DNA from: an uncultured Planctomycetales bacterium
GTDB taxonomy: Bacteria; Omnitrophota; Gorgyraeia; Gygaellales; Profunditerraquicolaceae
Assembly: GCA_964603585.1 (NCBI GenBank)
Contig: CAZRVK010000001.1
Location: 335,856-399,855 of the forward strand
Direction of reading: 5' to 3'
Length of the DNA: 64,000 nucleotides
The notes beneath the pieces are model-generated. The model had not been told where the DNA came from, did not search any database, and worked only from the letters and a program-made list of their open reading frames with translations. The first letter of the stretch is position 1. Every line of letters starts with the position of its first letter. The position numbers were made by a program, and so were the translations under genes. Shown here piece by piece: positions 29,790 through 38,522 of the stretch.

Positions 29790-30899
29790 TTATTTCTTAT
29801 ATTCGAAAATAGTATAATACTGTAGGACATCATCTTTTGTAAACCAGACATTATCCATCCCCGGGCCGATGCATTTTCTTTCTTTTTTCTTCAAGCCATA
29901 CCCATCAGAAATGAATTCCTTGATCGAAGAAACAAAATCATCGGAATTAAACCACACCCCATCAACCCCTGCACCGTTTTGATCGGCATGATACTCCATT
30001 GCCTGAAGAAGCCTGCCTTCAGAATCATAAACAAATCTATGATACTTCTCAATCTGGTCATCTTGGGTAAACCACTGGTTATCCACTCCTTTTCCCCGAT
30101 AACAAATATCCTTCACAACCAATCCTCCAGGGACATACTCAAAAATAACATAATAGGTTATTTCATCTGCAGGGCCATAACGAATCTCTTTGGATTTATT
30201 ACCGGAATGGTCATACTCGTAAACTGCCTTATATTTAAGCCCATCATCTGCGGTAAACCACTGATTATCCTGGCCGATCGAATCGGATACGATCTCCTTG
30301 ACAAGTTTATCGGTCTTATCATAAATAAAAATCTGGTATTCCTGCACCTGATCATCTTCTGTAAACGGTTTTTTATCCTTAGCCGCAACATAACATGTCC
30401 TTTTAACCATCCGGAACTTACTATCATATTGGCAGATGAAATAATGGTAAACTTCATCGTCCTTAGTTAACCAGGATTTATCCGCACCGGGGATATATTT
30501 GATCTCTCTGTTCACCCTGGCGGCAATTACAGGCTTTTCCGTGTATTTCACCTGTTCCGGAGGAGGCGACTGTTCCAACTCCTTTATTTTTAATTTTCTT
30601 GTTTCCTTAACCTGCGAAGTCGCCGGTAAACCCACAGAAATGTCTTCTTTAACTTGAATATCCTCCTTAACTTCAACACCTTCGTTAACTTGAACATTTT
30701 CCTTGATAGGCGATTTTAATTGAGCCTTTGCCTCTTCTATTTCCTTTAGCTTGGCCGCTCCTGTTTTTTGCGGAGAAAAGCCCAGATCATCATTACCACG
30801 ATATTCCAAGAAATCCGCAAATAAAAATTGCGGGCTTAAAAATAATACAAAAACAATCCACAAGATCAATCTCAAGGGCACAAATGCTGTTTTTTTCAT
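29790..30899 (-). CDS. secreted protein built from ~6 tandem ~40-45-aa 'W-F/L-T-x-DD ... Y-x-F-x-YD' repeats (novel repeat, hypothetical)
   Basis: Signal peptide. Repeats DKSWLTKDDEVYHYFICQYD / PFTEDDQVQEYQIFIYD / DNQWFTADDGLKYKAVYEYD / DNQWFTQDDQIEKYHRFVYD / DGVWFNSDDFVSSIKEFISD / DNVWFTKDDVLQYYTIFEYKK. Confidence 0.6.
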   Translation of the reverse strand: MKKTAFVPLRLILWIVFVLFLSPQFLFADFLEYRGNDDLGFSPQKTGAAKLKEIEEAKAQLKSPIKENVQVNEGVEVKEDIQVKEDISVGLPATSQVKETRKLKIKELEQSPPPEQVKYTEKPVIAARVNREIKYIPGADKSWLTKDDEVYHYFICQYDSKFRMVKRTCYVAAKDKKPFTEDDQVQEYQIFIYDKTDKLVKEIVSDSIGQDNQWFTADDGLKYKAVYEYDHSGNKSKEIRYGPADEITYYVIFEYVPGGLVVKDICYRGKGVDNQWFTQDDQIEKYHRFVYDSEGRLLQAMEYHADQNGAGVDGVWFNSDDFVSSIKEFISDGYGLKKKERKCIGPGMDNVWFTKDDVLQYYTIFEYKK

Positions 30900-30998
30900 A
30901 TCTCACCGCTCTCCCAAAACATTATTATTTTTATTTATCTTACAGCAGAATCGAAAAAACCATCCACAGAAAATAATTACACCAAAGAAACAATTAGA

Positions 30999-32081
30999 TC
31001 ATTTCTGCGGGGCACTAAACGCCGGTTTAGTCTTAGCCGTGACTACTGGTTTAGCTATTCTAAACCCGATCACCTGCCGGCTTAAATAATCATAGCTGCG
31101 AAAACTGTTATTATATACATCGGCATGAATAACCGTATCCATCACAAAAGGAGGCCCCATTTCTTTACGGTAAGCCGGATCATAAAGAAAGCTCCCCCCC
31201 CGTAAAATACGGGCCGAACGGAAATCCTTGAACACCGGAAGAAAGAAATACAAACTTTGTTTTGGCCCGACTGGATCAGACTGGCGGAGCTCCCCGGGAT
31301 AAAAATCATTGTACCAATCATTACACCATTCCGCTACATTACCAGACAGATCACAAATTCCGAGCTGACTATCCCCTTTAGGTGAATAAGAACCTACTGA
31401 AACCGTATCCACATCCACAGGATTTTTTACCATATGCCGAATATTTGCAAACGTATCATCGATCTTATCATTGCCCCAGGGATACATCCGGGAATCATTA
31501 TATCTGGCAGCATACTCCCATTCCGCTTCCGTAGGAAGGCGGTACCCGTATTTACCATACACCTGGCAAGACCAATCATCAAGGTTATACAAAGAGGACA
31601 AACCTTCTTTTTCGCTCAACATATTACAATAAAAAGCCGCGCCATACCAGGTAACCTCAACTACCGGAAAATTCTCTTTTCCGGCTAAAGCCTGAAAAAC
31701 TCCGTTTTTGAAAGTGATTTGCGAATGTTCATCAGATACATCCTGATATTTTTGCGGAGATTTTGACACCCCATAAGCTTCGCACTTGCCGGACTGATCC
31801 AGTTTCTTCTTGTCAAGATAACCTTTGCTTAAAGCATAATTAAGCATATCCGCATACTGCTGATTGGTAATTTCATACTTGCCGATATAAAAATTATCGG
31901 TCAATATTACCTCTCGAACCGGCTGGGCGTTTGAGAATACCGGGCTCCCCATCTGAAAACTCCCCGCAGGGACCATAACCATTTCCGGACTGATAAATTC
32001 AGCTTGCGAAAAATCCGGATGAAGTAAAAACCCGCTGACTGCTATCGCAAGAATAAACATAAGACCTATTATCCTTTTCAT
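30999..32081 (-). CDS. secreted FGE-sulfatase-fold (SUMF1-like) domain protein, non-catalytic (lacks Cys pair)
   Basis: Signal peptide. ..YRLPTEAEWEYAARYN..YPWGND.. and ..RILRGGSFLYDP.. FGE-domain hallmarks. The two C-terminal catalytic cysteines of genuine FGE are absent. Confidence 0.65.
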   Translation of the reverse strand: MKRIIGLMFILAIAVSGFLLHPDFSQAEFISPEMVMVPAGSFQMGSPVFSNAQPVREVILTDNFYIGKYEITNQQYADMLNYALSKGYLDKKKLDQSGKCEAYGVSKSPQKYQDVSDEHSQITFKNGVFQALAGKENFPVVEVTWYGAAFYCNMLSEKEGLSSLYNLDDWSCQVYGKYGYRLPTEAEWEYAARYNDSRMYPWGNDKIDDTFANIRHMVKNPVDVDTVSVGSYSPKGDSQLGICDLSGNVAEWCNDWYNDFYPGELRQSDPVGPKQSLYFFLPVFKDFRSARILRGGSFLYDPAYRKEMGPPFVMDTVIHADVYNNSFRSYDYLSRQVIGFRIAKPVVTAKTKPAFSAPQK

Positions 32082-32145
32082 TCACCCTCCCCTGAAAATG
32101 ACCTGCAAGGAATGCCGGCAAACATCCCCTGCAACAAAATCATTT

Positions 32146-33753
32146 TTAAAACCCTAACCGGCAGCCGCTGTTCTTGCCGTCTTCACTTTTCGGGAAATTT
32201 GCCGCAAAACGCAAAGCAAAACGTAAATATTTGAAAGCCGGGCTTGACCATACACCGCCTCTATTGCCTGCGCCAGCGCCATCCTTTCCCGGCCAGTTTG
32301 CGGCATTACAAAAACCATCGGCATCAAGAACACCATCACCATGCCTGGCATCATAGATACGGCCGAGATCATGCCCAATAGTTACACATCTTTCCCAAAG
32401 GTTGCCGGATAAATTCCTCACCCCATAATAAGAAGCACCGTCATTTATTTTTTCATCTATACCCTGATGACGTGTATTCTCAAAAACCTCTCCGCTGACT
32501 GGGCCCTCAAACCCCGGATTATCCGGTACAAGTTTTTTCCCCACATCAAAAGGAGCGATCCCGCCGCCAAAGCAGGCATTGACCAAACCTGTTTCCGGCA
32601 CTTTCTTCTCATACCCGCTGCCGTCAGCACCATCAAAAGTATCCACCCTTCCGGCATCAGTTGTTCCCCAGGCCCCTTCATCCGGAACAGCTTCTTTGGG
32701 ACCGCGGCAGGCTTTCTCATACTCCAATTCAGTGATCGGACGAAGCCCTGCCCAATCACCGATCGCGGCAATATTTGCCCAAGACATAAAATTCACCGCC
32801 CGCGCCGGGGCATAAGTATAAAATCTTACCGGAACAATATTACCGTTACCTTTTTTAGCGGCAACTATCGAATTACGCAGATGTTCAATATCGCTATTGG
32901 TCTTGACATAATAATTCTTGATTTCATCAGCGCTGATATCCGACTCTACCATACTTTGCTGTTGTTTCCTGGTCAAAGTATTCAAGAAATCCACAAACTG
33001 CTGTGAGGTCAATTCATATTTCATAATCCAAAAGGCTTTATACCCCTTGGGGAAAGCCTTCGGGATCGTAAACGGGGTATCCTGGCGACTGCGGGGATTA
33101 TCCTGATCGCAATACAACGCACCATCGATTTTATCTACGGTGATCGGATCTTCGGAAGAGATCAGATAAGCCCCGTTATTAGGATAAGTATAAAAAGCAT
33201 TATCCGGGCCATCCGGGCCTTTGGGGTCACCGACATAATGCTTATCTTCGGGGATATAAACCATTTCAAACCCCATCACCTTGATTTTCGCCTTAAATAT
33301 CTGCTCATCAGTAACACCGTCTAAAGCATAGTTCCACACCAGCTTGACATTTTTAGAAACCGCAGGGCCTTTTCCTTTAGTACGAAAAATAAAAGCGCCT
33401 TTTTTTTCGCTGGGGACCCAGATCCCGATATCAGGGTTATCACCTTTAGAAAAATCCTTTGGGGTATGGTCCGCATAATTAAAAGTATCCGCACTCGCAC
33501 TGCTCAAATTCAGATGTTTCCACATCCCTTCAGGGCCATGGAATTTGGCAAACACCCAAACCCCGTCGCAATTAATATCGTCTCTCCAGGCGTTATCCCA
33601 GGAAATATTAAACTGTATATTCGCAGTCTTTTTTTCCGTATTCACTTCACTGACAAAACTATTGTCTATTTTCAAATGGCTGGCAAAAGCCATTTTCGGA
33701 AGTAATAATAAAATTATCGCCCAGAATAAGAAATACCGCAGAACAACCTTCAT
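32146..33753 (-). CDS. secreted two-domain protein: unknown N-terminal domain + C-terminal FGE-sulfatase-fold domain (non-catalytic)
   Basis: Signal peptide. C-terminal ..YWIMKYELTSQQFVDFLN.., ..GVRNLSGNLWERC.., ..NRGGVWSS... No FGE Cys pair. Confidence 0.6.
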   Translation of the reverse strand: MKVVLRYFLFWAIILLLLPKMAFASHLKIDNSFVSEVNTEKKTANIQFNISWDNAWRDDINCDGVWVFAKFHGPEGMWKHLNLSSASADTFNYADHTPKDFSKGDNPDIGIWVPSEKKGAFIFRTKGKGPAVSKNVKLVWNYALDGVTDEQIFKAKIKVMGFEMVYIPEDKHYVGDPKGPDGPDNAFYTYPNNGAYLISSEDPITVDKIDGALYCDQDNPRSRQDTPFTIPKAFPKGYKAFWIMKYELTSQQFVDFLNTLTRKQQQSMVESDISADEIKNYYVKTNSDIEHLRNSIVAAKKGNGNIVPVRFYTYAPARAVNFMSWANIAAIGDWAGLRPITELEYEKACRGPKEAVPDEGAWGTTDAGRVDTFDGADGSGYEKKVPETGLVNACFGGGIAPFDVGKKLVPDNPGFEGPVSGEVFENTRHQGIDEKINDGASYYGVRNLSGNLWERCVTIGHDLGRIYDARHGDGVLDADGFCNAANWPGKDGAGAGNRGGVWSSPAFKYLRFALRFAANFPKSEDGKNSGCRLGF

Positions 33754-33765
33754 CCTTCCTCCTTT

Positions 33766-35229
33766 TTAATGGCCTGGCAATTTTACACTCGAATATTGAT
33801 CAAAACCGCCTCGGCTGGCACTTCTAACAGCACTGATCAATCCGACTATTGTGGCAACCCCTAAACCCAAAGCAAGAAAATTAAACTGCCCCCTAAATAC
33901 ATCATTCCCGGGAAATTCCGCCACCGCCTTTAAAACAACCGGGGATAAAAATTGCCCCAAATATATCCCGACACTAACTACTGCCATAGAAAATGCCCGG
34001 GATGATTCGGGAGTTATCCGGGCGACCCTTAAAAGCAATATCGGCATCAAAATACCCGAGCTGAAACCTATACAAAGCATGGAAATAAAAACCCCGGCAA
34101 GCGATAAAGTATGCCCAAGAATAGCATACCCAACAGACATGGATGCGATTCCGATAACCGAACAGTATGGCCCGAATAAGCGCAGCAAGAATGCCAGGAT
34201 GACCCCGGAAACTACCCCCACCAGGGTCATACCGGAAAGAAAATACCCGGCAATACCCGGCCTGCCCATACGTTCGGCAGATACAACCAACCCGTCTTTA
34301 GATCGTATAACCAGGTATTTCTTGTCCCCATCGTTTATCCGCCAAAGTTTTCCCTGCTCAACTACGGCAAAAGACGATTTATCTGAAAGTGTTATTCCGT
34401 TATTTTTAAAAGACTCCCGGGTAACCTGGGAAATAGTGCCTTTCTCCAAATTAGCTTCAAGCTCTGCCTTATCTTTAAAAAGCGGAGTAACGCTGGTATA
34501 CATTTTGCGTTCGCTTTCAATGAACATCGCCAAATTAGTAGGTGCGGCATAAAAAGCCACCATCATCAACGCTCCCAAGAAGGCACATATATAGACCTGA
34601 AAAGGAAGTTTGCCTTTAAGATGTACAGCGGTTTTCCTGGATTCAGGTTCCGGCAGCCAAAATAATACAGTGCAAATGATCAGTAATGATAATCCGTAAA
34701 CCATAAAGGCATACCGCCAGCTAAAACATGCCAGCCATCCGGAAAGTAAAAGGAACACCACCCCGCCTAAATGTGATACCGAGCCTGAAAGCCCCATCAT
34801 TTTAGCCCGTTCCTGTTTTTCATAAAAATCCGCGATTAAACTGATCGAAAGGGGGATAATTAACCCAACCCCGATCCCGAATATCCCTCGGACGACCAGT
34901 AATTCGTTTATATTACGGGCAAAACCTCCGGCAATTCCTCCCAAGAAATAGATCACCAAACCAATCAATAATATTGTTTTCTTTTTCATCCGGGTTGCCA
35001 GCCATCCTCCCAAAAGGCTGAAAGGAATGATCAATAACGATGGCAAGGTCAAAACCAGTTTTACTAAAGTCATATCCGCATCAGCAAAGGCCTGCCTTAT
35101 CTTTGCCAAGGCCGGAGAGATCGCCGCTGATGCCATGACCGTTAAAAGGGAAATGGAAAGAATACTTGTTTTTACCAGCAATTTATTCATCCCTGCCTCC
35201 CTGAAGTGCCCGGCTGATCGCCTGGCCAA
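33766..35229 (-). CDS. MFS transporter with ~110-aa soluble insertion between TM6 and TM7
   Basis: MFS motif ..GGWLATRMKKKTILLIGLV.. 12 predicted TM helices. Central hydrophilic insert (..ESERKMYTSVTPLFKDKAELEANLEKGTISQVTRESFKNNGITLSDKSSFAVVEQGKLWRINDGDKKYLVIRSKDGLVVSAERMGRPG..). Probable start at MNKLLVK (~35190). Confidence 0.65.
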   Translation of the reverse strand: MARRSAGHFREAGMNKLLVKTSILSISLLTVMASAAISPALAKIRQAFADADMTLVKLVLTLPSLLIIPFSLLGGWLATRMKKKTILLIGLVIYFLGGIAGGFARNINELLVVRGIFGIGVGLIIPLSISLIADFYEKQERAKMMGLSGSVSHLGGVVFLLLSGWLACFSWRYAFMVYGLSLLIICTVLFWLPEPESRKTAVHLKGKLPFQVYICAFLGALMMVAFYAAPTNLAMFIESERKMYTSVTPLFKDKAELEANLEKGTISQVTRESFKNNGITLSDKSSFAVVEQGKLWRINDGDKKYLVIRSKDGLVVSAERMGRPGIAGYFLSGMTLVGVVSGVILAFLLRLFGPYCSVIGIASMSVGYAILGHTLSLAGVFISMLCIGFSSGILMPILLLRVARITPESSRAFSMAVVSVGIYLGQFLSPVVLKAVAEFPGNDVFRGQFNFLALGLGVATIVGLISAVRSASRGGFDQYSSVKLPGH

Positions 35230-35785
35230 AAACCTTAGCCGAGGCCGGCCCGTCAGCAGTAATAATCAAACCGTCCTTCTCTACAGGTTTAGCGGTATAA
35301 TTAACACCGGCATTCTTCAATTTATCCCCTTCTGTCGGATATACTGTCGCATTCTTTCCTTTTAAAACACCGGCATTAGCTAAGATTTCAGGCCCAAGAC
35401 AGATAGCAGCTAATATTTTATTGCCAGCCAAAGTATCCTGCGCCAGCTTATGCGCCAGGTCATCATTAAGATATTGTGCCGCTCCCGGACCGCCGATAAA
35501 AACCACCGCATCCATCTCCGCTAAATTAACATCCTTGAGCAAAATATCCGCACGGGCCATTGCGCCGTCAGTGCCTTTTATTTCATCTAAAGTAGTTGAA
35601 GCTACCATCACATCAATCCCATCGGATTCTAACTCTTGGGCTGTCAACAAAAACTCATCATCCTGAAAATTCTCTTGCGGGATAATAAGCAATGCCCGTT
35701 TAACAGCATTCTCCTGAGCATATGAAAAAGAAGAAGTAAATAATAGCATTAATACCCCTAAAACGAAACGAAAACTCTTTCTCAT
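35183..35785 (-). CDS. DJ-1/PfpI family protein with N-terminal signal peptide (exported class-I glutamine-amidotransferase-like fold)
   Basis: Signal peptide MRKSFRFVLGVLMLLFTSSFSYAQE. Nucleophile-elbow Cys in ..LAAICLGPEILA... 200 aa. Confidence 0.7.
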   Translation of the reverse strand: MRKSFRFVLGVLMLLFTSSFSYAQENAVKRALLIIPQENFQDDEFLLTAQELESDGIDVMVASTTLDEIKGTDGAMARADILLKDVNLAEMDAVVFIGGPGAAQYLNDDLAHKLAQDTLAGNKILAAICLGPEILANAGVLKGKNATVYPTEGDKLKNAGVNYTAKPVEKDGLIITADGPASAKVFGQAISRALQGGRDE

Positions 35786-35804
35786 CAGACACTCCCTTCG
35801 TTAG

Positions 35805-35925
35805 CCTTGTTTACCTTTATTTACCTAGATTTACTTATAGCTACTTACTTTATATTATTTTATTATTACTTACCATTACTCTTATTTAACTATAATTACT
35901 TATATTTACTTACATTTACTAGACA
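35805..35925. repeat. AT-rich intergenic array of short direct repeats (TTTAC[C/T]T), first copies phased at exactly 10 bp
   Basis: TTTACC at 35810, TTTACC at 35820, TTTACT at 35830, CTACTT 35841, then ATTACT/TTACCA/ATTACT and AATTACTT/ATTTACTT/ATTTACT copies up to ~35921. Lies between the DUF1566 gene stop and the start of the DJ-1/MFS operon. Confidence 0.5.
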
Positions 35926-35938
35926 ATCACTCTTGATC

Positions 35939-37954
35939 TTATAACCTGATAACTCTTGACCGCGTATTACGCACTGGCCTAAAAGGATATCTTCCTGATT
36001 TCTTCCCTGCATAATACCCATCATAGCCAAACTGGAAATTCACCCCCCAGCCAAAAGTATCTCCATAAGTAGTTGAGGACCAGTAAAAACCAAGCGGGGC
36101 AGTTTTCGTGCCGCAAAAAAACTGTTTATGGAACCATACCCCGTCTTTAAATGACAAGTCTATTAAAGAACCGATCTCACGGATAGTCGGCAGGCGCCAA
36201 TCATTATGTCCGGCCAATTTTAATTCATTACAAAAATTCATCGCCTCTTGCCAATTAAGTTCCGGGCCTTCATCCTTTTGCCAGGATAATCCGGTATTTA
36301 TATCAAGCACTGTTCCATCCCCATTATCTTTAAAAGAATAACTGTCCATATCGCCAAAAGCCTTATTAAACCCTGAACGCACGGCACGTACCGGGTAATA
36401 AAAGCTTTTTAGATAGCATATCGCACAGCCGTAAACAAAATATACCCCCCAGGCAAATTGCGTCTCTTTATTATTCTGGTCCTTCGACCAGTAAAATCCC
36501 GGAGTGGCATTAGGAAAAAACTTGAGATCGATCGCTGGAGTTTGCCCGGCATAATCAACAATAGTGCGCAACTCCTCCCTGTTCGGCAGCCTCCAATCAC
36601 GAAACCCGCCATAACAGGCCCGGTTCAATCCTTTAACATACTCCTTAGCATCTTCCCAATTATAACTATTACCTTTATAATTTATATCCTGTTTATCCGG
36701 GGACTTCACCTCCCAAATCAAACCGGTATTATCATCGCGGATCATACGCAAACCTTCATCCCAAGTAGCCTTCTCCGGAAGCTCCAAAGCCTCTATCGAG
36801 AGTTTAGTAAAGGCAACCGGATTGATCCGGTATGTTCCATCCTGTCCAAAGTATGCTTGGCCATATTTCGGAGCTCGGATAAGCGGGGCCATATCATCAT
36901 AACATTTCTTTTGCCCTGAATCCGGGAACTTAAAATACAAATCCGTCTTGGCTGCCGGCATCTTTTGATTACGCACTGCGCGAAATAGCAACTTGGCGTT
37001 TTTGCTGGCATAATAGCCGTCGTAACCAAAACAAAAATTAGTCACCCAAACATAAATACCTTCGTATGGAGTAGAAGAAAAATAATGCAGTAATGGCGGC
37101 TTAAGCCCAAGGGCGGGAAAAACATCCTTATAATACCACCAACCGTCAGTATAATTAAGGTTCAGGATAGAGTTTAATTCTTTTAAATTGGGCAGACGCC
37201 AATCAGAAAAACCGGCCAAACGCATATCTTTGCAGTATTTAAGTGCCTCATACCAATCCATGCGTTCATTTTCGGCCTTTTGCCAAACCAACTCCGAAAG
37301 AGTATCCGTAATCGTGCCATCACCGTTATCTTTAAACCTTGCGCTATCGGCCTTGCCAAAGTTCTTATTCCAGCCTCCTCTTACAGCGCGCACATAACGC
37401 TGGCTGGAAGGCGTATAGCAGATACCGCTTCCCAGACCAAAGAAAATCCCCCAGACAAAAGGCCTCTGCATATTGTATACATCTGTACTCCAATAAAAAT
37501 CACTTTGGGTGTTGGCAAAATACCGGGTATCGACTGCCGGGTTGGTCTTGCCGTAATCGACAATCGAACGCAGTTCATCTTTATTAGGAAGGCGCCAGTC
37601 AGAAAACCCTCCATATTTCTTTTTGTTCAGATTTGCGATATATTTAACCTGTGCATCTTTCCAGGAATATTTATCCTCCCAGCAATTTATATCCGATCTC
37701 TTAGGCGATTTTACTTCCCAAACCAGGCCGGTATTATTATCCAGGACCATGCGCAATCCATCCTGCCAACCTAAATAATCGGCAATAGGTCTGCCGGTTT
37801 TGCCTAATTTAGTAAAAGAGATCGGATTAACCCTAAAACAGCCGTTCTGCCCCCAAAGCTCATCCGAAGGCGTAATTTCGATCTCTCTGCCCTCTTTATC
37901 AAAACATTTGATCAAACCAGCGTCTGGGAATTTAAACTGTTGAGAACCTTTCAT
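35939..37954 (-). CDS. protein of four tandem DUF1566 (Lcl C-terminal, C-type-lectin-fold) domains, no signal peptide
   Basis: Four ~160-aa repeats, each with ..GL[VI]WEVKSP..DIN..Y.W.DA..Y...LN...YGGF.DWRLPN..EL..IVDYG... 671 aa. N-terminus hydrophilic. Confidence 0.6.
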   Translation of the reverse strand: MKGSQQFKFPDAGLIKCFDKEGREIEITPSDELWGQNGCFRVNPISFTKLGKTGRPIADYLGWQDGLRMVLDNNTGLVWEVKSPKRSDINCWEDKYSWKDAQVKYIANLNKKKYGGFSDWRLPNKDELRSIVDYGKTNPAVDTRYFANTQSDFYWSTDVYNMQRPFVWGIFFGLGSGICYTPSSQRYVRAVRGGWNKNFGKADSARFKDNGDGTITDTLSELVWQKAENERMDWYEALKYCKDMRLAGFSDWRLPNLKELNSILNLNYTDGWWYYKDVFPALGLKPPLLHYFSSTPYEGIYVWVTNFCFGYDGYYASKNAKLLFRAVRNQKMPAAKTDLYFKFPDSGQKKCYDDMAPLIRAPKYGQAYFGQDGTYRINPVAFTKLSIEALELPEKATWDEGLRMIRDDNTGLIWEVKSPDKQDINYKGNSYNWEDAKEYVKGLNRACYGGFRDWRLPNREELRTIVDYAGQTPAIDLKFFPNATPGFYWSKDQNNKETQFAWGVYFVYGCAICYLKSFYYPVRAVRSGFNKAFGDMDSYSFKDNGDGTVLDINTGLSWQKDEGPELNWQEAMNFCNELKLAGHNDWRLPTIREIGSLIDLSFKDGVWFHKQFFCGTKTAPLGFYWSSTTYGDTFGWGVNFQFGYDGYYAGKKSGRYPFRPVRNTRSRVIRL

Positions 37955-38100
37955 ACACCCTCCATTTTACCTACTCACAATCACCTGACACATTGATACT
38001 TAAGCTTGCTTGTGCCCTTGCCTGCCCCGCGAATTATGGCGGGGATGACTTCTACACTTGGCACATTGGCACAAACATGGTCTACTTAAACTTGATTGAC

Positions 38101-38496
38101 TTACGCTTCCATCACCTCTACCAAAATCCCATCCGGATCCTTAATAAAGAAATACCGCTTCCCATTATCGAATACCCGCATTGAGGCGAAAAGAACAAGC
38201 TTCGCATCCTTAAACTTCTTATACTCACCTTCAATATCCATAACCTTTACGGAAAAATGCTTTACCCCCAGGGTACACAGGTCAGTATCCAATTTTTTGC
38301 GGTATGGCGGAAGCGGCTTATGATGCTTAAATTCAAAAAGCTCTAAAACAATATCGCCTTTCTTTAAAAGCTGAATAACTAACCCGGCTTCTTTATGAAC
38401 ATACCTGTTGGTACAACGCAAACCAAAGTATTTGCCATAGAATTCCGTTGACCGGGTTAAATTCGATACACTTATACCGACATGGCCGAATATCAT
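38101..38496 (-). CDS. VOC-family (glyoxalase/bleomycin-resistance/dioxygenase fold) protein
   Basis: ..MIFGHVGISVSNLTRSTEFYGKYFGL.. N-terminal beta-alpha-beta-beta-beta module typical of glyoxalase I-like proteins. Confidence 0.7.
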   Translation of the reverse strand: MIFGHVGISVSNLTRSTEFYGKYFGLRCTNRYVHKEAGLVIQLLKKGDIVLELFEFKHHKPLPPYRKKLDTDLCTLGVKHFSVKVMDIEGEYKKFKDAKLVLFASMRVFDNGKRYFFIKDPDGILVEVMEA

Positions 38497-38522
38497 ATAA
38501 AAAGAATACCCCCCCTGCCTTT

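Noticed and set aside
30999-33753. Calling the two FGE-domain proteins genuine formylglycine-generating enzymes
   Set aside because: The C-terminal catalytic Cys pair is absent in both, they have signal peptides, and no sulfatase gene is nearby.
35805-35925. Possible CRISPR array or minisatellite
   Set aside because: Repeat units are only 6-8 bp with no uniform-length spacers and no cas genes. The region is better explained as a phased regulatory direct-repeat tract.
37955-38100. Short hairpin CCCCGC-gaattatg-GCGGGG between the VOC and DUF1566 genes
   Set aside because: Only a 6-bp stem and no adjacent U-run on the relevant (minus) strand, so it is not convincing as an intrinsic terminator.
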